From assembly GCF_036365525.1 (NCBI RefSeq), contig NC_090389.1:35338973-35402972 (forward strand): a DNA stretch of 64,000 bases, in the 5' to 3' direction. The translations under genes were made by a program, and so were the position numbers. The notes below the pieces were generated by a model. That model ran no database searches. It saw nothing but the letters and a program-made list of their open reading frames with translations, and was not told the DNA's origin. Positions 34,207 to 47,725 of this stretch are shown here, one piece after another. The stretch is from Heterodontus francisci. Lineage: Eukaryota. Each line of letters opens with the position of its first letter. Position 1 is the stretch's first letter.

Positions 34207-36704
34207 ATGGGAAAACAACCGCCTGTAAGTTCCCCTCCAAGCCACTCACCATCCTGATTTTGAAACAATATCGTGTTCTTTCACTGTTGCTAGGTCAAAA
34301 TCCTGAAACTCCCTTTCTAACAGTGCTGTTGGTGTACCTATACTCCAAAGATTGCAATGGTTCATGAAGGCAGCTCACTGCCACCTTCTCAAGGGCAATT
34401 AGGGATGGACAATAAATCCTGGCCTAGCCAGTGATGCCTACATCCCACAAATGAATGAATAAAAAACAAGTAATTTTTTTTTGTCAGAACTTTTAAAAAT
34501 TGTTCCTGTGGAGCAGCGAAAAACAGGAATGCTTACCCTGACTCTACAGAGCCGATCGCTACCCCCCCATCCAGTTGTTGCTCCACACTCGATCCCAAAA
34601 TTTGCCAAACAATGATGGCAGAACTCTCCTGGCACAGTGTTTCACCCAGGCTCCATTAAAATGTGCACAAACAGCATAATTGTATGTGGGGCTAAAGCGA
34701 GGGAATCAAGCAATCAGATTACAACTTCCAAGAGCCAACCTGTGGCCTCAGATCCCATAAATCCCAACTCACTCCCTGTCTTTCACCCAGGCTCCATTGT
34801 TCACCACATCCTCATGGCCTTAACCTTTACTTGGCTTTATCATAGTCCAAGGTGAAATTTCCCATCTTGAGCCCCCTATCTCCATCATCTTCAGCAAGAG
34901 ATAAGAGAGTAAATTCTCAACTTACCTCTTGGGCACGAAACTAGCGATTTCAATGAAAATGATGATCAGGCGATTTCTATAATGGGCAGCCCATCTGCAA
35001 TGCCAGTTCTAGACACAGCCAGTAAGTTAAAGTCTACCTCCATTATATCTGCAGCTATACAAGGCAGACCAGTTTTGGCGCCTGCACCCCCCCCCCACCA
35101 CCCCTCAAAATCTGGCTCTGGTCTCCATGAGAGATGAGAGGAAAAGGAAAAAAATGAGAGTTGTACTGGAAAAAAATGTGAGGCACAAAGACAGAGAGGA
35201 GACGTGATGATTCAAAGATGAGATGGAAAGAGTGAAATTGTAATAAACAAAAACCCAGAAATTTGCTGGAATGATCCTTGCACCTGAATGGGTTGACTCG
35301 AGGCACACCTGATATTGAGTCTCGTTTAAATGGGCCTGATGAGCTGCAGACTCCTGCTGGGTATCTCCAGGCAGCTGGCCTTCAGGTAAGTCATTATAGG
35401 GAAATAGGATGGGATCAGGTGGCAGGTGACCAAGACATGGGATCAAGGTGGCGATCGGGAGAGGAAGTTGAGCAAGCTCAGAGGCTCCACAACTAAAGTA
35501 ACAGAAAATAATGTAAAAGCTTACTCTTTGGGCCTCTTCTAGTTCTGATCCTCTTCACTGGTGGGTTGGTCTGGTGGGAAACTGATTGCCACTTCTCGCT
35601 CAGGTCACCAGGACCCAATGTGCATGTGTTAACAAGGTCTCAGCAGTCTCCAGTGCAACTCAGTAACTTGGGTGATTTTAATGAGCCACCTGCTGTGTTT
35701 CCACTCGGCAGGTAAGCTTAAAATTACCTACATAAGTTACAAAATGTGGGTGCAATTTTGTGAATACACTGCGACCCCACTATAACACGGAACTCGGTAT
35801 AATGCAGGTTCGTCTTGGGCCCTAAAATTTTCATTTAAATGTAAAACAGCTATTGTTATGACTTTAAAGAACCAATCTTTTAAAGGTAGCAACTATTACA
35901 TGAAAGTGTGCTTTAGTTCCACTCAAATATTCACTTTTTCCTCATAAAAGTACATGTTTGGATAATTTAAGTGTCCTGAGATGAAGTTCTTCTAAGGGGT
36001 GACTCGCTGTAGCAGGCCATCAAAGTGCCATTGTGGTTGGCTTCTTGAATCTTGTTTTGCACTGGAGACTTGTCCATCCTTCAGCACACTGCATGTACAG
36101 ATATTTGTTGAAGGTGCTGTCGCTTAATTTATAACAAAACAGAATTAAAGATCCAATGTACCAGACAGTAACATTTCCAGATCTACCTCCCTTGCATTAA
36201 GGTGTTGATTAATGCAACAAAAAGCATGGACACAGAGATGGAAAAAAATAATTAAAGTACGTGAGACGCTGCTTTTTGATGTTACTGTGATTCAGGACTT
36301 AAATAATTGCAGAGTACTCACAAAGTGGTACATACCCGTCGTAAGCCACCTAACCTGCTGCCAGAAGCTGAAACAGGTCTTAATGAATTACAGTTCACAG
36401 TTTGCAGTATCAATTAGATCAGTCAGTGCTGTTTGACTTTCAAATGTTACAATGCTGTGGAATTCTCTGAGTAAAGTGTACAGATAACATAATGACTTAT
36501 ACCAAAGTGGAGTCCTGATCTCTCCCCTGCGGAGCTGGGTTATGATATGAATCCATACTCACTGTATCACAGTAAGACATGCAAGTCTCCCTGTTCATTC
36601 CTAAAAAATAAGTTTCAAGTACTTAAAACAGTGGGATCTGTTGAGGCTCGCAGCAGGAAGTTCCCACTGGGACCCTACTATAAGACGGTCTCACCTATAA
36701 CATG

Positions 36705-37525
36705 GGGCTAAAATTTATACTTCCACCGCTGCAATCGGCGGTGGACATAAACAATGGCGGTCTGCTCGCGCGGGCCGCATGTCGTGGAGCTGCCGCAATA
36801 TTAAGTGCGGCGGCTCATTTAAATAGCCGCGGCAGTCCGCTCACCCCGATGACGTGGAGGGGCGGGCTGTCCTTCGCTAGCAATGGCGTGAGCTGCCTTT
36901 GCACAGGCGCTGATGCCATTTTTAAAGGACTCGAGCCCTCCATTTCAATTTAAATATTTAAAGAAGCATTGATGTAAAATTGATCTGAAAAAATTACATA
37001 AATTCATCTTGCCCCCTCCCACTGCCCCAATAACGATAGAATTAATTACTCACCCTCTCCCCCCCGCAAAACACTTACTTTGTGCACATGACCGTCCCCC
37101 CCCAAAGTTCATAAACTTTACACTTTACCCCTTCACAACATCTCCTACACCAATGAGATGACTCTGATGCCACTCCGCCTCTCCCACACTGAAAAACTTA
37201 CCTGCTCCCCCCTCCCCACCAGTGTTCCGCCCGAAGGCACGGAAGTGCCAGCCAAGGGCAATGGAACAGACGGCGGGAGAATGAAGGTACTTAATTCGCT
37301 TTTTTGCATTAGTCAACATATTTAAATTTGCTTTCCCTCGCCGAGCCGGGGGGATGGGGATGGGGGTGGGGGTGTGGGGGTAGTGGCGCCACAAGGCCTC
37401 GCCGCTGCCGGCGATATCGGGTCGGGCCTTCCCCGCGTCGAGACCAGTGGTGGGCTTCTGCCAGAGGCATTTTCCAGCCCACCCTGCTACGACCCCCACT
37501 TCGGGGTGTCTGTAAAATTCGCCCC
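36705..37525. mobile_element. PIF/Harbinger-type MITE, CpG-rich
   Basis: TIRs gggctaaaattta / taaaattcgcccc, flanks atg/gtg. High CpG retention suggests relative youth. Confidence 0.78.
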
Positions 37526-39180
37526 GTGGTCTTGAGATATGGGCCTTGTGGGCAGTCTTCTAGCGGGGCCCCAGTGTCGTAACTTGTTACTTCATAATGG
37601 CCTATCCTCATGGTGTACAAACACAAGTGAACAAAATATAGCTCTGTAAATAGCACTTCAACTTTCTATACCCTATCAAAAGTTTCCTACTTGGCAGGTA
37701 GAAGCCAAGTAGCTGCTTAATGCTGTCCCCTCCAATGTATGCAGTGCCTTTTTTCATTGAATACTTCCACTTTCTGCCAGTAGGAAGGGTCGTCTGAGCA
37801 TGGATTTCTCTATGACCATCTTCAAGCCCACTTCATGATAACTTGACAGGACGTGCAATTTTGTGAGATAATATTCCCTGCTTAGAGCACTCCTGTGAAG
37901 TAAGGAAAAATATCTTGGCAAATAATATTACTGATTCAGGGCAGCTGAGGCTGGAATTTGAAATAATTTGAAATGAAAACGCAATGATTTTGGAAGTGCA
38001 GTCCATTGTGACCTGAGCTAACAGAAAACCATATGGCCTAACATTTTATATTTCGTACACATCACCTTTATAATGAGCATGTCATTAGAGAATTTAAACA
38101 ATAAATCCACCAGAGATCATCATAAATCTATATTAATAAACCCTGCAGAGAATGATAATCACAGAACATAGCTCCAAATGACAATAATCTTGAAAACCCA
38201 GGTACCAAGGTTACAGCAAAATATATTTGTTTTCATTACTAGAGCTGTGTGAAATACGTAGTTAATTCTGTTAGCAGTAATCTTTCGGGAATCCTGTTTC
38301 AGTATGCTATACGTTATATATCTTTGAACAGGAAAAGCTGGAAACTTTATCAATACCAAAGATTTATCTTTCCCTTTTAAAGTGGAACCAGGACAGTGTG
38401 CTTCAGAATACTCTTTGCTTAAAGCATTAATGTAACCCCCAGCTATTCTGGGGATTACAATAAACAAAATCCCATCCCCATGTTTTTGGAAGCCATTTCA
38501 TCCTGAATTTGTCCCTGATTTTTTTTTAGTGAGGGCTTCACTCAATGAAGCCAAATAAGTTCCTGTGAAAATGCCAGTCAGTCAACTGATTCGTGTTATT
38601 AAAATCATTAAACTGCAAAGCAAAGCTGGAAAGAAACTCAAGAGTCAGCCCAATCATATTGATTTTAACATTTCTGACATAATTGGAATGTGTAATGTTT
38701 GATAGTGACTGGCAATAGGATAAATTGCTTTTCTTATAGTGTGACCTCCTCCTTAAAGTATTTTTTTCTTTTTTTCTTTTGTGGATCCCTTGCTATCACG
38801 TAACATTTCCCGTTGAGAAAGCTTATAGGCAGCTTTCTTAAGGCCATCACAGTGCTGGTCTGAAATTGGCCACTGGGAAAGGTTTTAGAGCTGCAAGAGG
38901 CAATTGTCTTCATTCCATTTTTTTCCCTCAATCATGTGGAGGTTCCAAACCTCCACTGAACACCTATTCCGAGAAGCCACATGGAAGCTAGGAGCATCAT
39001 GGTTGTTGTCACTGTGTGAAGATCTTGGGCAAAAAACACATATTCCACCACTTCAGGGCATTGAAGTCCACTGGAGCTCCAATGCACTGTACTGCTGTGC
39101 ATTCCTCAGACAAGATGCCCTGGGAGAAAAAAAATCTCTTCAAATCTTAACTTATTTTTGTCCAATTTTGCTTTTCGTAG

Positions 39181-39243
39181 ACTGTGAGGAACCTAATTTA
39201 GGAATGGAACTATTGTTTGTAATTCACTATGGTTTTAAAGAGA
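39181..39243 (+). other. Candidate 63-nt frame-preserving exon
   Basis: Branch-like cttaac, long pyrimidine tract, ttcgtag acceptor and AGA|gtgagt donor. Single open frame CEEPNLGMELLFVIHYGFKE, in non-repeat DNA. Confidence 0.3.
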
Positions 39244-41156
39244 GTGAGTTTCTTCTTGAAAGTAGAAATTAATAATAAAATCTGGTGCTACAGTGTGTTA
39301 TACAGATACATAAGGAATCTTTATCTTCCTGTTTTGTGCAGTTTTAAGCTCATTTATCCCTTCATTCCAGTCAATTTCTGTAGAGCAAGCTGCTATTTGT
39401 ATTTCAAGTTTTAGCATGCACTTCATAACAAATGTTCTCATGTATAATCAATACAGAAATAACAAAACAAATGTTCTAACAAGAACATCAAAATTATTTT
39501 TCTACTTACCCGCAAAGGAAAATGTAAAGGTCAGTTTTAAGATTAACACATTAGCAAAGTTGAACATTGATTAAAATATTAATATCAGTGTACTTCTCCT
39601 TAATGATTTGAACAAGTTGGTTTGAAGTGCACTATTCAGACTGAATTTCTGCTCATCCTATTCTGCGACTGACACATATTTAACCTTTATCCTTTTTCTC
39701 TGTGCTTGCTGAGCATAGTGTAGAGACTCATTAATATTTAAGAATGATAATAACAATGTGACAGGTTTCTGCAATTTTACAGGCTCCTATGGTTATTTTT
39801 GCTGTCACAAATTTGATACCACATGAGCTGTTAATGTTAGCAGCCAGTTTCTTGAATATTTATTATCTTAGCTCCAGGGTAGTGCATTTTCACGAAACAA
39901 GGGGATGTATTTGTTTTGATTCACATTCATGAAAGAAAAATAATTGCAGAATTTTGAACTTGTGCAGTAACCTGCTTAAAAGCTTCTGTTTGTATCAAAA
40001 ACTGATTCATCAAGTTTGAAGGACAAAGGACTTTAAAATGTTGTCATTGTATTTTTCTTGCAATTCATTGGACACCGTTTATTCAGTCTAAACATTCCAA
40101 ATGTCAAATTAATCAGCAATCTTAGCTTGTGTTATTTATGAGTGTCCAACTTGCAGCTGAATGCTGGGCTATTCATTTTGTGAAGCATTGTAACTGTAAA
40201 TTCAGACATGGACCAAGTGCAAACCTTGCACCTTAAAAACAAATGTTTGCACTCGAGAGCAACTCTCAAGGGACAGAAAGGCTCATGGGAGATAATGAGG
40301 TAACCAGAGGGAGAAATGTTAGTATGTCACACAAGAGTTGCACAATAGCTGAAATATTTACAGGTGGAGAAATGAGGATTGAGAGCTGCAAAGAAAATCT
40401 TTGGTAATAAAATTTTGGTGACAGACAAGTAAATTATGCTGTATTTCAACTGCATCTATAAGTTTTATACTACTATGTCCAATTTTGCATCAATGTGTTA
40501 TTATGCCATCTTTCACTGTTCTCATATAAGGGAAATGTAGAGGTCTATACTTGTGTAGTTAAAGCCATGTGCAGAGCTGTGCTCTCCAACCAGTAATCTG
40601 GCTGGAAACCCATTCCAACCAGCTGACTTTCCCATTGGTTCTCTTCTAACACAAAGTGAGGAATTTTAACCTGCCAGTGTGGGTAGGTGTCGAGGTGTGT
40701 GGGTGGCTAAAACAGCAAAAAATGCAGGCGTGTCAGTAAGCCAGTAGTTACCTGCCAGCTTCTGCATTTAACTGGAGGGCGGTGGTGAGCATGTGGAAAA
40801 CACCCATGGGACAGGCAGGTATGCTATTAACATATGCTACAAGCCAATTGACTACATCTGTAACCATGGATTCCGGCTTTAACTGCCAACACACAGGTTT
40901 CCCAGGCCTCGTGAAACTCGCCAGGTTAAACAAGGCAAGAAGACAGCAGGCATTGATGGGGATGGAATGCCTTTAAAAACAGAGATATGATAGCTGCTTC
41001 TTGGCGTAGGAGAAAGGCTTTAGCTCACAGGACTTGTTCTGAGAGTGTGATCTCACTGCTTTGGAACTGATTAGCAAGACTTTAGAGGTCATTTCTATTA
41101 CCTTAGAGTTCTTTGAATTCCATTTGCACGTCCCAGCTGTCAGCCTTCTCAGCAGC

Positions 41157-42262
41157 ATGGGAGCAGTTTCTGCAGCTCTACATTGCACACTCGATGAGGA
41201 ACAAGAGGATCAGCTGAAGCCTTCTCCTCAGCTACCTGCTGCTCCACAGGACAGAGGGAATGGACACAGAACTCCATCTCACAGGAGGTAATTCTCCCAG
41301 CAAAGGGTATACAGGCAGAGGATAAGCTTCCTGGACATGACTGAGCACCAGTTCCTCAGGAGGCTCAGGCTTTCACATCAGGTCGTAACTTGATATTTGC
41401 AGCCTCCTTGAACAAGACTTCCTTCCACTGGACCAGGTGGGCACGGATTGCCAGTCGTGGTCAAAGTCACCCCAGCCCTAAATTTCTTCACCTCCAGCTC
41501 CTTCCGGGGACTTGCTGGTGACATCTGCAGAATGTCACAACCTGCTGCACACAAGTGCATTTAACAGGGCTGCCACAAGTCCCTTTCATTACAGCTGTGG
41601 TCAGTCAGAATGAGAGAGCCCTTGGATTTGCTGCAGAGGCTGGAGTCCCACAGGTACAGGGAGTCATAGACTGCATACATGTGGAAATCAAGGCAGGCTC
41701 AAATCAGGCATAGTCATCAATTGAAAAGGATTCCACTTCATCAATGTTCAGTTGGTATGGAACCATTAAAAAATCATCATGCATGTCTAGGCAAGACACC
41801 CAAGCTGGGTGTTCATTCTACGCCAGTCACATCTCCCACAGATATTCAAGCAGAGTGAGCGAATGGACCCTTACAGACAAGGACTACCCCCTAAGGATAT
41901 GGCTGATCACACCCATAACGACTCCTAGCACTGATGTACAGGAAGGGTACAACAGAAGCCAAATGAACACAAGAGCGGTCATTGAGTAAGCCATCAGGAT
42001 GCTGAAGGTGGGATTCCAGTGCCTGGACAGATCTGGGGACATCCTTCAGGATGCACCAGCAAGGGTGTCCAGATTGATTGTGGTCTGCTGCGCCTTGGAT
42101 AGCATAATGCTGCAGAGAGGACTGGAGCTGCAGCAGGAGGAAGGTGAGGATCACTTTGCGTCTGAGGAGGAGGATCAGCCTGATGTGGCCACAGTAACTG
42201 CAGCTGCTCATTTAGTTGCCAGGGATCCATGGAACAGAGTCTTTCACACAAACTTCAGCTGA
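41157..42262 (+). pseudogene. Harbinger DDE transposase, frameshifted
   Basis: LPVVVKVTPALNFFTSSSF, GVIDCIHVEIK, DKDYPLRIWLITP..YNRSQMNTRAVIE and LIVVCCALDS. Confidence 0.9.
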
Positions 42263-42984
42263 TCTGAGGCAGTGCACCCATCTGACACATCAAAGCTGGA
42301 CCCACTTTGCTCATCCCCAGCACAAAGCAGTTCCACAATCAATAATCCATCCCTCTCACTGACACTCACTGCTGGTCTTCTGCTGTTGTCATACCATCTT
42401 CCTCAATGTTGAAGGCCATTTAGCAGGTGACAGGCAACAGTGGTAATGACTGGACAATGGAACTTTGAAGTGAAGTTTATGGTGCACAAATATTGACAAT
42501 AAATGTGGTAATTTAACTCACTTTTAAACACTCAGGAGATTTTGCTTGTGAAACTGTGAAGTTTTTCTCTTCCTTTTCCTGTTGTTCCTATGTAGTGTTA
42601 AACCCTGTGGAATCAGAAGAGGTACAAGCAGGTGCTCGTTCCCCTGCTCTGACTGCTGAGATGCTCGTACCGAAGTCCCCTTGGTTTTGGAGCCCATGAG
42701 TACCTCGCCAAAGACTGTCCCACTTCCACCTCTGCAGTCAGAACCTCACCACGCTGTCTCCTGTCCCGATGGCTGAGTATGCCCCTGCAGAGATGGTGCT
42801 TTGGGAGGAGCACTGGAAGCGTTTTGAGCAGAGTCCCCATTTCCATCTCCTTTTTCTCAATCTTCCCTCTCGTTGCCCACCCACACTTCCCTGAGAGCCT
42901 AGAGCTTCAGTGAGATGCTGAACAGCTAAGGCAAGGCTTTCCTCCATCCTGTTTAAACTGACAGACTGAGCGTGCAGCTATTGT

Positions 42985-43915
42985 ATTTCTTTTATTCCTT
43001 CATGAGATCGGGTGTCACTGGCTATGCCAGCATTTATTTCCCATCCCTAATTGCCCTTGAGAAGGTGGTGGTAAGCTGCCTTCTTGAACTGTTGCAGTCG
43101 TCGGGGTGTAGGTACACTAACAGTGCTGTTAGGAAGGGAGTACCAGGAATTTGACCCAGCGACAGTGAAGAAACAGTGATATAGTTCCAAGTCAGGATGG
43201 TGTGTGGCTTGGAGAGGAACTTGCAGGTGGTGGTGTTCCCATGCATCTGCTGCCCTTGGCCTTCTAGGTGGTAGAGGTCACAGGTTTGGAAGGTGCTATC
43301 GAAGGAGGCTTGGTGAGTTGCTGCAGTACATCTTGTAGATGTGACACATTGCTGCCACTGTGCGTCAGTGTGGAGACAGTGAAGTTGAAGGTGGTGGATG
43401 GGGTGCCTATCAAGTGGGCTGCTTTGTACTGGATCGTGTCGAGCTTCTTGAGTGTTGTTGGAGCTGCACCCATCCAGGAGAGTATTCCATCACACATTCA
43501 TCAGTTCTGATGAAAGGTCACTGACCTGAAACATTAACACTGCTTCTCTCTCCACAGATGCTGCCAGACCTGCTGAGTATTTCCAGCACTTTCTGTTTTC
43601 ATTCCATCACACCCCTGACTTGTGCCTTGTAGTTGGTGGACAGGCTTTGGGAAACAGGAGGTCAGTTACTCGCCGCAGAATTCCCAGCCTCTGATCTGCC
43701 CTTGTAGCCACAGCACTATGTGGATGTTCCAGTTCAGTTTCTGGTCAATAATGACCCCAGGATGTTGATAGTGGGGGATTTAGCGATGGTAATGCCATTG
43801 AACATTAAGAAGATGGTTAGCTTCTGTCTTGTTGGAGATGGTCATTGCCTAGCACTTGTGTGGCGCAAATGTTACTTGGCACTGATCAGCCCAAGCCTGG
43901 ATGTTGTCCAGGTAT
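42985..43915 (-). mobile_element. Second-family LINE 3' fragment
   Basis: WMGAAPTTLKKLDTIQYKAAHLIG and the same tail as at 23681. Confidence 0.88.
43496..43600 (+). mobile_element. 105-bp hammerhead-containing Penelope-derived mini-insertion
   Basis: Perfect 12-bp TSD attccatcacac (43484-43495 and 43601-43612). Contains AGTT-CTGATGA-A-AGGTC-act-GACCT-GAAA-catt-aac followed by the tail. Confidence 0.85.
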
Positions 43916-44439
43916 TGGTTGTATGCCATGTCTGAAGCTCCATTCAGGTGGCCACTCTTTCTATGTTGCTGGGTATCAGTGCAGAGGCCTGAGACATCAT
44001 TGCATCCATACTAGATTTGGACTCCTCCAATTTCTCTCCAATCTGTACAGTGCCTCTGAAAATGCTGACAGGATCTCTTACATTTTCTGATGCTGCTTCA
44101 GAATAGTCCTCTTGGTGGATGACTCCAAGCCTCAGTATCTGTGTCCAGCTGAGCAGAGCTTGAAACATCCTGTGCCCTCCGACAGGGGCTCTCTGCTGTT
44201 GTATCTTTCTCCAAAATCTTTTGCTACTCACTTGTGATGTGTGATTCACCATGTGACAATGCAACTACCTGTCTTGGAGGCACCACTGAGGTGTGTGTAT
44301 CTGAGCCCATGGAGGATATACTTGAGTCATGTGAAGGTGCTTCATCAGAGTATGCGACCTCCTCTGAGGAATCCTCAGGCTCCTCTGGCACGAGCTCCTG
44401 AGCGACACTTGCAGAACATGTGGGAGATGGAAGACTTGA

Positions 44440-47400
44440 ATTAGAACTGATAAGATTGAAAGGGTCATGGATATCACCGAGTGGCTACAGAGCATTCTGG
44501 AGGGCAAGGGCAAACAGCCAAAGGTCGTGGTCCATATTGGTATCAACAATATAGGAAGAAAGAGGGATGAGGTCCTGCAGGCTGTTTAGGGAGTTAGGAA
44601 TGAGATTAGCAAGCAGGACCTCAAAGGGAGTAATCTCCGGATTACTCCCAAGGCCATGTGCTAGTGAGCATAGAAATAGGAAAATACACCACATGAATGC
44701 GTGGCTGGAGAGGTGGTGCAGGGGGGAGGCTTCAGATTTCTGGGGCATTGGGACTGGTTCTGGGGAAGGTGGGACCTGTACAAGCCAGACGGTCTACACC
44801 TGAATAGGACAGGGACAAATATCCTTGCAGGAAGCTTTGCGAGTGCGGTTGGGGATGGTTTAAACGATTTTGGCAGGGAGATGGGAACCTAAGCGCAGTC
44901 TTAGAAAGGACATTTTCAGGGAAGGAAACAGGAGGCAGAAAATTAGCGAGTGACTCTGAAAGACAGAAGAAGCAAAGGTTAAAAAGTGTGCAGCACAAGA
45001 ATTTGGCAGTGTTAAAGAGTATTGAGTTAAATGCAAGGAGTATAGTAAATAAAGCCGATGAGCTGAGGTTACAGATAGACACATGGCAACATGATATCAT
45101 TGCTATAACGGAAACTTGGCTTACAAGAATGGCAGCTCAGCTTCCTGAATGTAGAGTTTACAGGCGGGATAGAGAGGGAGATAAAAAAGGAGGGGGTGTA
45201 GCATTATTAGTTAAGGAATCAATAACAGCTTTGAGGAGGGGCGATATGCTAAATCAATCATCAAACGAGGCCATATGGGTGGAGCGCAGAAATAAAAAAG
45301 ATGCAGCCACACTACTAGGAGTGTACTATCAATCCCCAAATAGTGAGAGGGAGGTAGAAGAACCATCATGTAGGCAAATTTCTGATTGCAAAAATTATAG
45401 GGCAATAATAGTTGGGGATTTCAACTACCCCAATATCAACTGGGATACAAACAGTATGAAGGGCACAGAGGGGACAAAATTCTTGAGCTGCATTCAAGAG
45501 AACTTTTTTAGCCAGCACGTAACAAGCCCAACGAGAGGGGGGCGCAATTCCAGATTTAGTCTTCGGTAATTAGATTAGATTAGAGATACAGCACTGAAAC
45601 AGGCCCTTCGGCCCACCGAGTCTGTGCCGACCATCAACCACCCATTTATACTAATCCTACACTAATCCCATATTCCTACCAAACATCCCCACCTGTTCCT
45701 ATATTTCCCTACCACCTGCCTATACTAGTGACAATTTATAATGGCCAATTTACCTATCAACCTGCAAGTCTTTTGGCTTGTGGGAGGAAACCGGAGCACC
45801 CGGAGAAAACCCACACAGACACAGGGAGAACTTGCAAACTCCACACAGGCAGTACCCGGAATCGAACCCGGGTCCCTGGAGCTGTGAGGCTGCAGTGCTA
45901 ACCACTGCGCCACTGTGCCGCCCAGTGCAGCTGGGTAAGTGGATGAAGTAACTGTGTGTGATCATTTTGGAGATAGTGACCATAATACAGTTAGTCTTGG
46001 CATAATTATGGAAATGGACAAAGATAAAACAGGAGTAAAGTTCTAAATTGGGGGAAGGCAAATTTTACGAAACTGAGAGAGTAGACTGGATACAGCTACT
46101 TGAAGGAAAATCAGTGGCAAGCCAGTGGGAGGCATTCAAAAGCAAGATACTACAGTCACAGTGTAGGCATTTCCTTACAAAGATATTGCAGTGGTACTGC
46201 CAAATCTAGAGCCCCCTGGTTATCGACAAGCTTACAGAGTAAGTTAAAACAGAAAAAGAAAGCTTATAACGATCACAAAATTCTTAATTATTTAGAAAGT
46301 GCAGGGGTGAAGGAAAAAAGGAAATTAGAAAGGCAAAGAGAGGGCATGAAAAATTATTGGCAGATAAAATCAAGGAAAACCCAAGATGTTTTATCAGTAC
46401 ATTAAGAGAAAGAGGATAACTAAGGAAAGGGTAGGGCCTATCAGAGATATACAGGGGAACTTATGCGTGGATGCAGAAAATATGGGCAGGGTTCTTAATG
46501 TGTTTTTTGTTTCTGTCTTCACAAAGGACAGGGTTGATGCAGACATTGTAGTTAAAGAGGAGTGTGAAATGTTAGATATGATAAGCATAATGAGAGAGGA
46601 AGTACTAGAGGGTCTGACATCCTTGAAAGTGGATAAATCGCCAGGGCCGGATGGATTGCATCCCAGGTTGTTAAAGGAAGCCAGGGAGGAAATAGTGGAT
46701 GCGCTGAGGATCATCTTCAAATCCTCACTGGATATGGGCGAGGTGCCAGAGGATTGGAGGTCTGCGAACGTTGTACCATTGTTTAGAAAGGGTGCGAGGG
46801 ATAGGCCAAATAATTATAGGCTGGTCAGTCTGACCTTGGTGATGGGTAAGTTATTAGAATCAATTCTGAGGGACAGGATAAACTTAGAAAGGCATGGATT
46901 AATCAGGGATCGTCAGCATGGATTTATTAGGGGATGGTCATGACTTACTAACATAATTGAGTTTATTGAAGAAGTAACAAGGAGGATTAATGAGGGTAGT
47001 GCAGCGGATGTGGTCTGCACGGATTTTAGTAAAGCATTTGACAAGGTCCTGCATGGCAGATGGGTCAGAAAAATGAAAGCCCATGGGAGACGGGAATGTG
47101 GCAGGTTGGTTCCAAAATTGTCTCAGTGACAGGAAACAAAGGGTAGAAGTCGACAGATGTTTTTGCGAATGGAAAGCAGTTTCCAGTGGTGTTCCACAGG
47201 GCTAAGTGCTGGGTCCCTTGCTGTTTGTGGTATATATTAATGATTTGGACATAGTTGCTCTGGAGAGAGTAAAGAGGATATTTACACAAATGTTATCAGG
47301 GCTTGAAAGTTGCAGCTATGAGGAAAGATTGGATAGGCTCGGGTTGTTTTCCCTAGAACAGAGGAGGCTGAGGGATGACTTTATTAAGATGTGCAACATT

Positions 47401-47725
47401 ACGAGGGGCCTAGATAGAGTAGACAGGAAGGACCTGCTTACCCTAGCGGAGAGGTCAATTACCAGGGGGCACAGATTTAGGGTGATTGGTAGAAGGATTA
47501 CAGGGACATGAGGAAAACCTTTTTCACCCAGAGGGTGGTGTGTGTCTGGAATTCACTGCCAGGAATGGTGTGGAGACAGAAACCCTCAATTCTTTTAAAA
47601 GGTACCCTGGACATGCACCTGAAGTGCTGTAACCTGCAAGGCTATGGACCAGCTGCTGGAAGTTGGGATTAGAATGGGCGGCTAGTTTGTTCAGCCAGCA
47701 CGGACACGATGGGCTGAATGGCCTC
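44440..47725 (+). mobile_element. CR1 LINE, decayed, with internal deletion near 47250
   Basis: Esterase (VHIGINN, DGLHLN), APE (NARSI, ITETW, VGDFNYP) and RT fragments. YINDLD jumps directly to IVALERV. Confidence 0.93.
45570..45922 (-). mobile_element. HE1-like tRNA-derived V-SINE
   Basis: A box gtggcgcagtgg, B box ggttcgattcc, V-domain-like gtgggttttctccgggtgctccggtttcctccca, CR1-type tail and (ctaat)n end. Confidence 0.9.

Larger units (their letters stand above)
30958..34468 (+). mobile_element. Second-family CR1/L2-group LINE, interrupted by two solo LTRs
   Basis: PAIVLKTCIPELARSLAKLFQYS, AGVPQDSVLGP and FADDCTM. Tail catcccacaaatgaatgaataaaaaa at about 34441-34466. Confidence 0.9.

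Noticed and set aside
34640-34798. 18-bp direct repeat tttcacccaggctccatt (34640 and 34781)
   Set aside because: Only two copies, with no recognisable element between them. Not CRISPR-like, and the context is eukaryotic.
36700-37530. CpG island or promoter
   Set aside because: CpG richness is confined within MITE TIRs.
38904-39272. 122-aa plus-strand ORF
   Set aside because: Non-ATG start, no recognisable domain, and it runs through an apparent polypyrimidine tract. Only the internal 63-nt exon candidate was kept, at low confidence.
41157-42262. HARBI1-like domesticated gene
   Set aside because: Multiple stops and frameshifts, and it lies within TIRs beside a Myb partner: a dead transposon copy.
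45830-45922. tRNA-like sequence with A and B boxes (also near 48830, 59890 and 61010)
   Set aside because: These are SINE heads continuing into SINE bodies, not tRNA genes.
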